Of a stretch of 24,933 nt of DNA, positions 1 through 10,809 are shown one piece after another. This DNA comes from Tubiluchus corallicola. Taxonomy: Eukaryota; Animalia; Priapulida. Under the pieces are notes generated by a model that was not told the DNA's origin, ran no database searches, and saw only the letters and a program-made list of their open reading frames with translations. A program made the position numbers and the translations under genes. The stretch spans positions 1 through 24,933 of the forward strand of contig JAQGDQ010001802.1 in NCBI GenBank assembly GCA_030141605.1. Direction: 5' to 3'. Position 1 is the stretch's first letter. Every line of letters starts with the position of its first letter.

Positions 1-446
1 AGGAGTGCTTGAAACGTGTTTTTAAACACGCAGGACTTAGTTTCAGACCGAACTCCAGCTCATGCTTTGGTTGAAACTTCGCCATCTTTATAACAAAAAG
101 ACAATGAGAAAAAACAATGTAAAATAGCAAATCCGGAAATGCGCTTTTGTTGGTTTGTTTTCTTTCTCTTTCTCTCCTTCTAACGTTCGTTTTCAGTGTT
201 GCCAATGCCTACAATTCGTTACTTTGTACAAAAAATCACAAAAAAAAATTTTTTTTATTTTATGCATTTCTTATTTTATGGATTTTTCAAATTTTATTTT
301 ATGAATTTTTGGTCTTACTTTATGGATATCCATAATCTTATGCAGCCTGGGCCTATAGTTAATGATTGGGCCTAGTTTTCTTGAGAAAACGTCTCTGATC
401 AAGAATTGCTATAAGGTACACGGTACCTGCATCTTACACAACATAC

Positions 447-597
447 CTGATGAGAGAAAAGTCGTCCACGTAAAATTTCACGCGAAAGTAGAGCGTAAAC
501 GTCGGAGTCGCCAGCTGCCGTTTGGACTGCGACTTCCAGCCAAGAGGAGCAATCTTTGAAAGTTTAATACCTTGTTCAACGAATATATGCTCCCCGT
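447..597 (-). CDS. PTPN13: Internal exon of PTPN13/FRMPD2-like gene, FERM F1 lobe C-terminal half
   Basis: Minus strand: pyrimidine tract + CAG acceptor (600-598), GTATGT donor (446-441). Phase 1->2, translates (D)GEHIFVEQGIKLSKIAPLGWKSQSKRQLATPTFTLYFRVKFYVDDFSLI. This matches, from memory, the PTPN13 FERM segment (DNEYFFVDPDLKLTKVAPEGWK...FTLFFRIKFFMDDVSLI). The gene continues beyond the left edge. Confidence 0.88.
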
Positions 598-873
598 CTG
601 AAAGAGAAGACAAGAATAGAGCATAAAGCTTATGAAAATATACAATAGATAGTGTGGAAATTGTAACTGTATATTTTTAGGTGCTGCCATCTATTAACTA
701 ATCCTTTTACATTTTACTAGCTAAACTCACCCCTAGTATAATTGTACGGTCCAGTGAATATCATATTCACTGGATCTCTCCCTATTTTACAGTAATGGTA
801 TTTGTGAAGCCAAGTTTGCATAATTACCTATACCTATATATACTGACTGGATTTTACTTTCTAGTCACTGTCT

Positions 874-1070
874 CACTCTCAGTGCAGTGCAGCAGTCGTG
901 CTACACACCTATCTAACTCACACTCTCAGTGCAGTGCAGCAGTCGTGCTACTCATGTGACTCACACTCTCAGTGCAGTGCAGCAGTCGTGATACTCATGT
1001 CACTTACTGTCTAACTCTCAGTGATCAGTGCAGGACACTCTGGTTCTCAGTGTTCAGTGTAGCAGTCATT
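874..1070. repeat. Degenerate tandem repeat, ~43-47 bp unit, ~4-5 copies
   Basis: Recurring CACTCTCAGTGCAGTGCAGCAGTCGTG(C/A)TAC core. Confidence 0.8.
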
Positions 1071-1243
1071 CTACATATGTGTATGTAGTCTAATAAACAC
1101 TTTTCAGTTTTGTGCAGATATGTAGTACAGTGTTTTATTCTTTTTCTACAAAGTGTTCAACTACAACCTCAAACATGACTTTCACAGATGGCTCTTTTAT
1201 CGCGAGAATGAGTCCCAGAATTTTGTGTACGTTTTCGAAAATA

Positions 1244-1839
1244 CCGTATTTTCCCATGTATAAGAGACCCTTGTGTATAAGAGACCCCTTCAATTTTTAG
1301 GCAGAAATTCTGGAAAAAAGTTTTTTTGGTAAAGAATAACTTTATTCGTCATAGAAATCATTAAATTCCTCATCACTCTCATCAAAAATATCAACTGGAG
1401 TCAGACCTGTGTCACGATGCTGTATTGCTTACAACCGCTTCATAGTCGAACGCGACACGCCTTGCTTAGGCTGACTCATCTCGTTGACCTCTGCCGACGT
1501 ATCAATGACGTCGACGGGCATGCAGAGAGCTTATGCAGATGCGTTGATTGGCTGCAGAACAATCGATTTCTCTCCAATACCAAAGAGACATTTAAAAAAA
1601 TAATAACTTACCCGGTACATTAATTTTATCATTAGAATTTAGCCATGGAGAAGATTTATTGAAAGGAAACTATAATTATTCGAAATAAAACAGTTGTAGA
1701 GCACTTATTTCTTTAAAATCATTAGTGTCACAATTTATGCATCTTATTGAAAAGACTTACTCCCATGTATAAGAGACCTCCTATTTTTAAAGTGAAAATT
1801 CTGAGCAAAAAAGGGTCTCTTATACACGGGAAAATACGG
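1244..1839. mobile_element. Non-autonomous Tc1/mariner-superfamily (pogo/Tc2-like) MITE, 596 bp
   Basis: TIRs CCGTATTTTCCC(A/G)TGTATAAGAGACCC at both ends, TA on both flanks (1242-43, 1840-41), subterminal repeats of TGTATAAGAGACC. No transposase. Confidence 0.85.
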
Positions 1840-1951
1840 TAAATGCTTTGCATTTGATGAGGCAGCTTCTAACTTAAGCCATACTACATCTGCCAGTGTG
1901 AACTAAACTTGTTCACACTTGAATTTTTGTTATTCACACGTAATTTTCTAC

Positions 1952-2123
1952 CTTGTAAATATGACAATCCAAAGTAATAATTCTCGGTAAGCTCTAGCTG
2001 TGATGATATGAGATCGAATAGCTGCTTTCCGGTCGTATGCATGTCGCACGTTACTTCCGCACATTTACCAGTGAGCAGTATGATCAGAACTGTGCGCTCT
2101 CTTTCCAACTTGCTCTTCGCTGT
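1952..2123 (-). CDS. PTPN13: Internal exon of PTPN13/FRMPD2-like gene, FERM F1 lobe N-terminal half
   Basis: TTTTTCAG acceptor, AAG|GTAG donor; phase 0->1, in frame with 447-597. TAKSKLERERTVLIILLTGKCAEVTCDMHTTGKQLFDLISSQLELTENYYFGLSYLQ is a typical FERM_N sequence (cf. PTPN13 RKVNIMLLNGQRLELTCDTKT...). Confidence 0.88.
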
Positions 2124-2149
2124 CTGAAAAATGTAGAAAAAAATCAATA

Positions 2150-2260
2150 CGGTATTCCCTCGCTACTTTGCAGTTCATTTATCTCGGACTCACGGTTTCG
2201 CGGGTTTTCAAAAATATTAATGTAAAATATTTATTGCGGTATTTTCGCTGTTTCGTGGGT
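2150..2260 (+). mobile_element. Possible truncated pogo/Tigger-like MITE end
   Basis: TA|CGGTATTCCCTCGCTACTTTGCAGTTCATTTATCTCGG resembles Tigger-type termini from memory. No partner TIR found. Confidence 0.3.
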
Positions 2261-2499
2261 TTTTGCAGTACTCCATCTAAAGTATTTTTGCACATGCGTA
2301 GTGTGTATTGTACAGTAATGTATAGATTTGATGAATTTTGCATAAAAAATCACAAAATGTATAAAAATATATTAAGAATATTAATTCTAACATTAAAAGA
2401 ATATTATAAATCATAAAAAATTACCATTTACAGTAAATAAATACATCAAAAAAACTTCATTATTATTGACAAACCGATCCAAAACCTGCAATTCAATAA

Positions 2500-2770
2500 T
2501 CATATTAATCTTTATTTAATCTCGGCTTTTTGGGTCAACAATTAACATTAGCTCAAAGAGCTATTATCGCCGACTGTAAATAACAACCTACAACTGCATA
2601 ATAGAGACTATTATTACCCCACTTTTACCCTAAATACCACGCGTCAGGCAGGGCAACAGCAGGTACCATTTTTAAAGTCTTTGGTATGACCCAGCAGCTG
2701 GTTCGAACTCACGACCCCCCAGACGGAAAGCAGAAGCATTACCACTAGACTAAACTGTCTGGTCTGGTCA
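2500..2770 (-). mobile_element. tRNA-derived SINE (copy 1), probably MetaSINE-type
   Basis: Minus strand has an A box (TAGTCTAGTGG), a B box (GAGTTCGAACC), a central GGGTCATACCAAAGACTTTAAAAATGGTACC domain and an (ATT)-rich tail. 10-bp TSD AATTCAATAA at 2490-2499 and 2771-2780. Homologous to the copies at 19612 and 21079. Confidence 0.88.
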
Positions 2771-3317
2771 AATTCAATAACACTTTCTTGAAAAAGTGTG
2801 ACAAAGTTTTATTCCGTTTACAGCAAAATTAGCTTAGTAAATGACATTCCACATAAAACGCCATAATATTCAAATACTCAGATGACTCAGCTATGAATTA
2901 TTTAACTCAGCAAACATTATAGCCGTCATAAAACCGAGTGAAAATTCGCTTGACTGGGCTTTTTAAAACTGCATAACCACAGAGCAAACGTATTGACATT
3001 TCTTAGAACACACCAGCTCTAATTATGCCCCGGGGGTGGCAAATACCACAGACACGCCTAACGGCAAAGTGCAATAAATAATTATGCTGGTGACATGAAT
3101 CTTGAGCTAGTTTTAATTTCTCAATTCTAGAACATCTGACGAAATCATTAGAAAGTATTTAGAAAAACTCTTTAATATTACTCCATGTTAAGAAATTATG
3201 TTGAAATTAAGCGTGTGTGATAAATTAATGTTAGACAACTACAAGGACTTTACTTATATAAGCCTGATGTTGTTAAAATAAAAAGTATTTTGGGGTGTCT
3301 ATAGAGTTGTCAAGATG

Positions 3318-5950
3318 TGTATTCTTCATGGTAGTATATTCGGTGCTTATCGTATAGTAGTTTTAGTACACTCTACAGTAGATGCAGCTTGTTTTATCTA
3401 GGCGTGTATTCCTCATGTTAATAATATGCAGTGCTTATCGTACAGTAGTTTTGGTACGCTCTACAGTAGATGCAGCTTGTTTTATCTAGACATGTATTCC
3501 TCATGTTAATAATATGCGATGCTTATCGTACAGTAGTTTTGGTACACTCTACAGTAGATGCAGCTTGTTTTATCTAGACATGTATTCCTCATGTTAATAA
3601 TATGCAATGCTTATCGTATAGTAGTTTTAGTACACTCTACTGTAGATGCAGCTTGTTTTATCTAGACGTGTATTCTTCATGTTAATAATATGCGATGCTT
3701 ATCGTATAGTAGTTTTGGTACGCTCTACAGTAGATGCAGCTTGTTTTATCTAGACGTGTATTCTTCATGTTAATAATATGCAGTGCTTATCGTACAGTAG
3801 TTTTGGTACACTCTACAGTAGATGCAGCTTGTTTTATCTAGACATGTATTCTTCATGTTAATAATATGCGATGCTTATCGTACAGTAGTTTTAGTACACT
3901 CTACTGTAGATGCAGCTTGTTTTATCTAGACGTGTATTCTTCATGTTAATAATATGCGGTGATTATCGTATAGTAGTTTTGGTACGCTCTACAGTAGATG
4001 CAGCTTGTTTTATCTAGACATGTATTCTTCATGTTAATAATATGCAGTGCTTATCGTACAGTAGTTTTAGTACACTCTACTGTAGATGCAGCTTGTTTTA
4101 TCTAGACATGTATTCTTCATGTTAATAATCAGTGCTTATCGTACAGTAGTTTTGGTGCACTCTACAGTAGATGCAGCTTGTTTTATCTAGACATGTATTC
4201 TTCATGTTAATAATATGCGGTAATTATCGTATAGTAGTTTTGGTGCACTCTACAGTAGATGCAGCTTGTTTTATCTAGACATGTATTCTTCATGTTAATA
4301 ATATGCAGTGCTTATCGTACAGTAGTTTTGGTACACTCTACAGTAGATGCAGCTTGTTTTATCTAGACACAAATTATTCATGTTAAGAATATGCGATGCT
4401 TATCGTGTAGTAGTTCTGGTGCACTCTACAGTAGATGCAGCTTGTTTTATCTAGACATGTATTCTTCATGTTAATAATATACAGTGCTTATCGTACAGTA
4501 GTTTTGGTACGCTCTACAGTAGATGCAGCTTGTTTTATCTAGACATGTATTCCTCATGTTAATAATATGCAGTGCTTATCGTACAGTAGTTTTGGTACAC
4601 TCTACAGTAGATGCAGCTTGTTTTATCTAGACATGTATTCTTCATGTTAATAATATGCAGTGCTTATCGTACAGTAGTTTTGGTACACTCTACAGTAGAT
4701 GCAGCTTGTTTTATCTAGACATGTATTCTTCATGTTAATAATATGCAGTGCTTATCGTACAGTAGTTTTGGTACACTCTACAGTAGATGCAGCTTGTTTT
4801 ATCTAGACATGTATTCCTCATGTTAATAATATGCAGTGCTTATCGTACAGTAGTTTTGGTACACTCTACAGTAGATGCAGCTTGTTTTATCTAGACATGT
4901 ATTCTTCATGTTAATAATATGCAGTGCTTATCGTACAGTAGTTTTGGTACACTCTACAGTAGATGCAGCTTGTTTTATCTAGACGTGTATTCCTCATGTT
5001 AATAATATGCAGTGATTATCGTATAGTAGTTTTGGTGCACTCTACAGTAGATGCAGCTTGTTTTATCTAGACGTGTATTCTACATGTTAATAATATGAGA
5101 TGCTTATCGTACAGTAGTTTTAGTACACTCTGCAGTAGATGCAGCTTGTTTTATCTAGACATGTATTCCTCATGTTAATAATATGCAGTGCTTATCGTAC
5201 AGTAGTTTTAGTACACTCTACAGTAGATGCAGCTTGTTTTATCTAGACATGTATTCCTCATGTTAATAATATGCAGTGCTTATCGTACAGTAGTTTTAGT
5301 ACACTCTACAGTAGATGCAGCTTGTTTTATCTAGACATGTATTCTTCATGTTAATAATATGCAGTGCTTATCGTACAGTAGTTTTAGTACACTCTACTGT
5401 AGATGCAGCTTGTTTTATCTAGACATGTATTCTTCATGTTAATAATATGCAGTGCTTATCGTACAGTAGTTTTGGTACACTCTACAGTAGATGCAGCTTG
5501 TTTTATCTAGACATGTATTCCTCATGTTAATAATATGCAGTGCTTATCGTACAGTAGTTTTGGTACACTCTACAGTAGATGCAGCTTGTTTTATCTAGAC
5601 ATGTATTCTTCATGTTAATAATATGCAGTGCTTATCGTACAGTAGTTTTGGTACACTCTACAGTAGATGCAGCTTGTTTTATCTAGACGTGTATTCCTCA
5701 TGTTAATAATATGCAGTGATTATCGTATAGTAGTTTTGGTGCACTCTACAGTAGATGCAGCTTGTTTTATCTAGATGTGTATTCTACATGTTAATAATAT
5801 GAGATGCTTATCGTACAGTAGTTTTAGTACACTCTGCAGTAGATGCAGCTTGTTTTATCTAGACATGTATTCCTCATGTTAATAATATGCAGTGCTTATC
5901 ATACAGTAGTTTTAGTACACTCTACAGTAGATGCAGCTTGTTTTATCTAG
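3318..5950. repeat. Intronic minisatellite, 88-bp unit, ~30 copies
   Basis: Unit TGTATTCTTCATGTTAATAATATGCAGTGCTTATCGTACAGTAGTTTTGGTACACTCTACAGTAGATGCAGCTTGTTTTATCTAGACA; period verified at 4021/4109. Confidence 0.97.
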
Positions 5951-6248
5951 CACAAACTCGAAGCTACTGTAGCGCTCAGGATATATGCCAATGCCTCCAG
6001 CTACTGTTGGTTAAATACAAATAAATTTACTGTTGACTTGCTAAATTTCACTTAAGTTTTAATTTCTGTTGCATAAAATCATGGCTGCTTCTTGCTCAGT
6101 GACAATGTTACCACTAGATGAAAGTGTTAGTGACCTCCATTCTGTCTAATTTGATATTAATCTGACAAATTTGATTAATAATGACATGATAATGAATAGA
6201 ATGAAATCAAAAGCTGTGATGCAGTCAGGTAGAAGTTGAAGGACGTTC

Positions 6249-8808
6249 TACACATACAGTAATCACACTAATACTGATGTACAGTCTCTAGTCTGTAGGG
6301 TTATTTACACATACAGTAATCACACTAATACTGATGTACAGTCTCTAGTCTGTAGGGTTATTTACACGTACAGTCATCACACTAATACTGACGTACAGTC
6401 TCTAAACTGTAGGGTTATCTACACATACAGTAATCACACTAATACTGATGTACAGTCTCTAAACTGTAGGGTTATCTACACGTACAGTAATCACACTAAT
6501 ACTGATGTACAGTCTCTAAACTGTAGGGTTATCTACACGTACAGTAATCACACTAATACTGATGTACAGTCTCTAAACTGTAGGGTTATCTACACGTACA
6601 GTAATCACACTAATACTGATGTACAGTCTCTAAACTGTAGGGTTATTTACACGTACAGTCACCACACTAATACTGATGTACAGTCTCTAGGATGTAGGTT
6701 TTTTTTACACTACAGTAATCACACTAATACTGATGTACAGTCTCTAATCTGTAGGGTTATCTACACGTACAGTAATCACACTAATACTGATGTACAGTCT
6801 CTAGTCTGTAGGGTTATCTACACGTACAGTAATCACACTAATACTGATGTACAGTCTCTAGTCTGTAGGGTTATTTACACGTACAGTCATCACACTAATA
6901 CTGATGTACAGTCTCTAATCTGTAGGGTTATCTACACGTACAGTAATCACACTAATACTGATGTACAGTCTCTAGTCTGTAGGGTTATCTACACGTACAG
7001 TCATCACACTAATACTGATGTACAGTCTCTAGTCTGTAGGGTTATTTACACGTACAGTCATCACACTAATACTGATGTACAGTCTCTAATCTGTAGGGTT
7101 ATCTACACATACAGTAATCACACTAATACTGATGTACAGTCTCTAATCTGTAGGGTTATCTACACTTACAGTAATCACACTAATACTGATGTACAGTCTC
7201 TAATCTGTAGGGTTATCTACACGTACAGTAATCACACTAATACGGATGTACAGTCTCTAGTCTGTAGGGTTATCTACACGTACAGTCATCACACTAATAC
7301 TGATGTACAGTCTCTAGTCTGTAGGGTTATTTACACGTACAGTCATCACACTAATACTGACGTACAGTCTCTAAACTGTTGGGTTATTTACACATACAGT
7401 AATCACACTAATACTGACGTACAGTCTCTAAACTGTTGGGTTATTTACACATACAGTAATCACACTAATACTGACGTACAGTCTCTAAACTGTAGGGTTA
7501 TTTACACGTACAGTAATTACACTAATACTGATGTACAGTCTCTAAACTGCAGGGTTATTTACACATACAGTAATCACACTAATACTGATGTACAGTCTCT
7601 AAACTGTAGGGTTATTTACACATACAGTAATCACACTAATACTGATGTACAGTCTCTAAACTGTAGGGTTGTTTACACGTACAGTAATCACACTAATACT
7701 GATGTACAGTCTCTAAACTGTAGGGTTATTTACACGTACAGTAATCACACTAATACTGATGTACAGTCTCTAAACTGTAGGGTTATTTACACGTACAGTA
7801 ATCACACTAATACTGATGTACAGCCTCTAATCTGTAGGGTTATTTATACGTACAGTAATCACACTAATACTGATGTACAGTCTCTATAATGTAGGGTTAT
7901 TTATACGTACAGTAATCACACTAATACTGATGTGCAGTCTCTAAACTGCAGGGTTATTTACACATACAGTAATCACACTAATACTGATGTGCAGTCTCTA
8001 AACTGTAGGGTTATTTACACGTACAGTAATCACACTAATACTGATGTACAGTCTCTAGAATGTAGGGTTATTTATACGTACAGTAATCACACTAATACTG
8101 ATGTGCAGTCTCTAATCTGTAGGGTTATTTTTACGTACAGTAATCACACTAATACTGATGTACAGTCTCTAAACTGTAGGGTTATCTACACGTACAGTAA
8201 TCACACTAAAACTGATGTACAGTCTCTAAACTGAAGGGTTATCTACACATACAGTAATCACACTAATACTGATGTACAGTCTCTAAACTGTAGGGTTATC
8301 TACACATACAGTAATCACACTAAAACTGATCTACAGTCTCTAAACTGTAGGGTTATTTACACGTACAGTAATCACACTAATACTGATGTACAGTCTCTAA
8401 ACTGTAGGGTTATTTACACGTACAGTAATCACACTAATACTGATGTACAGTCTCTAAACTGTAGGGTTATTTCCACGTACAGTAATCACACTAACACTGA
8501 TGCACAGTCTCTAAACTGTAAGGTTATCTACACATACAGTAATCACACTAATACTGATGTACAGTCTCTAAACTGTAGGGTTATCTACACATACAGTAAT
8601 CACACTAATACTGATGTACAGTCTCTAAACTGTAGGGTTATCTACACGTACAGTAATCACACTAATACTGATGTACAGTCTCTAAACTGTAGGGTTATTT
8701 ACACGTACAGTAATCACACTAATACTGATGTACAGTCTCTAAACTGTAGGGTTATTTACACGTACAGTAATCACACTAATACTGATGTAGTCTCTAAGCT
8801 GTAGGGTT
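6249..8808. repeat. Intronic minisatellite, 57-bp unit, ~45 copies
   Basis: Unit TACAC(A/G)TACAGTAATCACACTAATACTGATGTACAGTCTCTAAACTGTAGGGTTAT(T/C); gives the 19-aa periodicity of ORF 7932..8234. Confidence 0.97.
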
Positions 8809-9430
8809 TAGGTTATCTTTCATACCAACACAACACACAAAATGTTAAAAAATAATCGTGACATATTTATCTGGATTGAAACTCAACTTTTTCTTCAATA
8901 ACATTAATATGCTCGAAATATCATAGATATTAGTTTTGGTGGTATGTGATACATATACATATCTAAGATTCCAGGTTATAGCTCCAACGACGGCACCATT
9001 TTTGGCGATTCGCATATCAAATGAAAGTTTTTGATCTAGTAGTGTCGTCTCGTTGGGGGTTTATTTTTCGGATCGGGTCCACCGGAACGAACGGAGGGGG
9101 GCAAAAAATTAATGTACTATTTTATATTTTTTTATGATCCATTTGGCAAATCAGTACGTTACGTGTTTTTTATAGCGGTATTCATAACACTAACAAAACT
9201 ACGTGTCAACTCAATAAGCTGTTACCCAATCCGAACGTGATCTGACCACTCATTACGAGCGCTTAGTACTTTTTAGGAAACATACTGTACAACAACGCGA
9301 GTAAGTACTTGGCACTGGACCAATGGCCGACGCAAAAATCTACGTCAGCACTCGTAACGTAAAACGACTCGTCAAATATGGCATGTTTGTAAACATTTAC
9401 ACGTAGAACAAATCGTAAATATAAACAAAC

Positions 9431-9505
9431 CTTATACTCCGTGGGTATGGACAATTGTACGGCTGGCTTACCGCTGTTATAGACAAACTCCGGTCCGTAA
9501 AATTC
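9431..9505 (-). CDS. PTPN13: Internal exon of PTPN13/FRMPD2-like gene, pre-FERM 'FxGPEFV' motif
   Basis: TTTTCAG acceptor, AAG|GTTTG donor, 75 bp, phase 0->0. EFYGPEFVYNSGKPAVQLSIPTEYK resembles the FFGPEFV...LDLP segment preceding the FERM domain in PTPN13. Confidence 0.82.
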
Positions 9506-9794
9506 CTGAAAACAAAGAATATGAATTACACAACACATCCCAGAATGCCACACAGAGTGAAAATATTCAGACGGCTTTGCAGAAGAATTTTGATAATAAA
9601 TAAGAAAATTTATTGGAAGTTTTAGCAACAGTGACTAATGTGTTCATACGAAATACGACTAGCGAGAGATGATCAGTCACGAGTGGAGACACCTATTTTA
9701 AAAAAGCCAAAATTCTCATGGTTTGTTTAGACTTTAAAAGCAGAACACAAAATCAGAAACAGAAACATACAGAGAAAGCCATCAAAGTCCGGAC

Positions 9795-10014
9795 ATCAAT
9801 AAATGGCTTCATATCTTCATCAAATAGATGGCTTCATATCTTCATCAAATAAATGGCTTCATATCTTCATCAAATAAATGGCTTCATATCTTCATCAAAT
9901 AAATGGCTTCATATCTTCATCAAATAAATGGCTTCATATCTTCATCAAATAAATGGCTTCATATCTTCATCAAATAAATGGCTTCACATCTTCATCAAAT
10001 AAATGGCTTCATAT
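9795..10014. repeat. Intronic minisatellite, 25-bp unit, ~9 copies
   Basis: Unit ATCAAATAAATGGCTTCATATCTTC. Confidence 0.95.
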
Positions 10015-10156
10015 ATGAATTAATTAGGCACTTAATTTGATTAATTACTTCATATATGGATTAATTAACTAGCATTCAACATGCAAATTCAACAATTATT
10101 TTGAAATGTCTATGGTCTAGTCTGAAATGTCTATGGTCTAGTCTGTAATCACTCAC

Positions 10157-10673
10157 CCGATCTTTTTTATTAGCATTTCTGTCTCTCAGTGACGACAACG
10201 ACGACAGCGACGACCGTGCCGAGCGTCCTGCTCTCCTACGTGGTGGCGCCGTGGGTCGCGCAAGAGTAGAATTTGCCGAACGACTCGGAGTCGGCACGGT
10301 CACTTGACTTCCGAGAACTGCCGGAACGCTTCCGGAACTCGCGGTAACCGACACGGGTTCCGCAGTTGAGATGTGTATGACTCTCGGCTCAACAGGTGGC
10401 AGTGACGCTGATGCAGGTGGGGCTGCAGGCGACGTACGCGACACCGGATGTGGTCCGCTTACGACAGAAGATGAAATATGACAGGCATTCTTGACAATGT
10501 TGTTGTTGTTGCTGTTGCTGGTGACGGTGGCCGTGGTGTTTGTGGTGCCGACGGTTACGTCGGTCGACAGTGGCGCCATGCTGCCCGGCGATGGCTTCAC
10601 TGAGCAGTTGTTGACAGGGGAAGGTACAGGTGCCTCCATTTTGAGTTCATCTTTCAGAGGAATGACCTGCGAT
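10157..10673 (-). CDS. Internal exon of PTPN13-like gene, Ser/Pro/Thr-rich disordered linker
   Basis: 517-bp GC-rich open frame (ORF 10076..10639). TTTATTCCTTTAG acceptor, CGG|GTGAGT donor; phase 2->0, in frame with both neighbouring exons (SQVIPLKDELKMEAPVPSP...RNANKKDR). Confidence 0.8.
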
Positions 10674-10809
10674 CTAAAGGAATAAACACGATAGTTAACA
10701 CTAACTGACTCACTGGATGACCAAATGTATTAAACCAAACTGAGATTCAAAGCAAACGTTATCACCTGGACCAAAGTTTGCTAAAAAAACTACTTTCTAC
10801 AATGGCTAT

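Noticed and set aside
1-85. Next FERM exon of the PTPN13-like gene (AAG|ATG on minus strand)
   Set aside because: The required phase hits a stop, and the open frame (MAKFQPKHELEFGLKL...) does not resemble FERM F2. It is possibly TE-derived and is truncated by the window edge.
7932-8234. 100-aa ORF with a 19-aa repeat
   Set aside because: Translation of the 57-bp intronic minisatellite; no splice or start context.
8960-9260. Possible repeat/TE fragment with GC-richer patch
   Set aside because: No TIR pair, TSD or second copy could be identified in the window.
10491-10685. Signal-peptide-like ORF (MTMLLLLLLLVTVAVV...) on plus strand
   Set aside because: Antisense shadow of the Asn/Thr-rich codons in exon 10157-10673.
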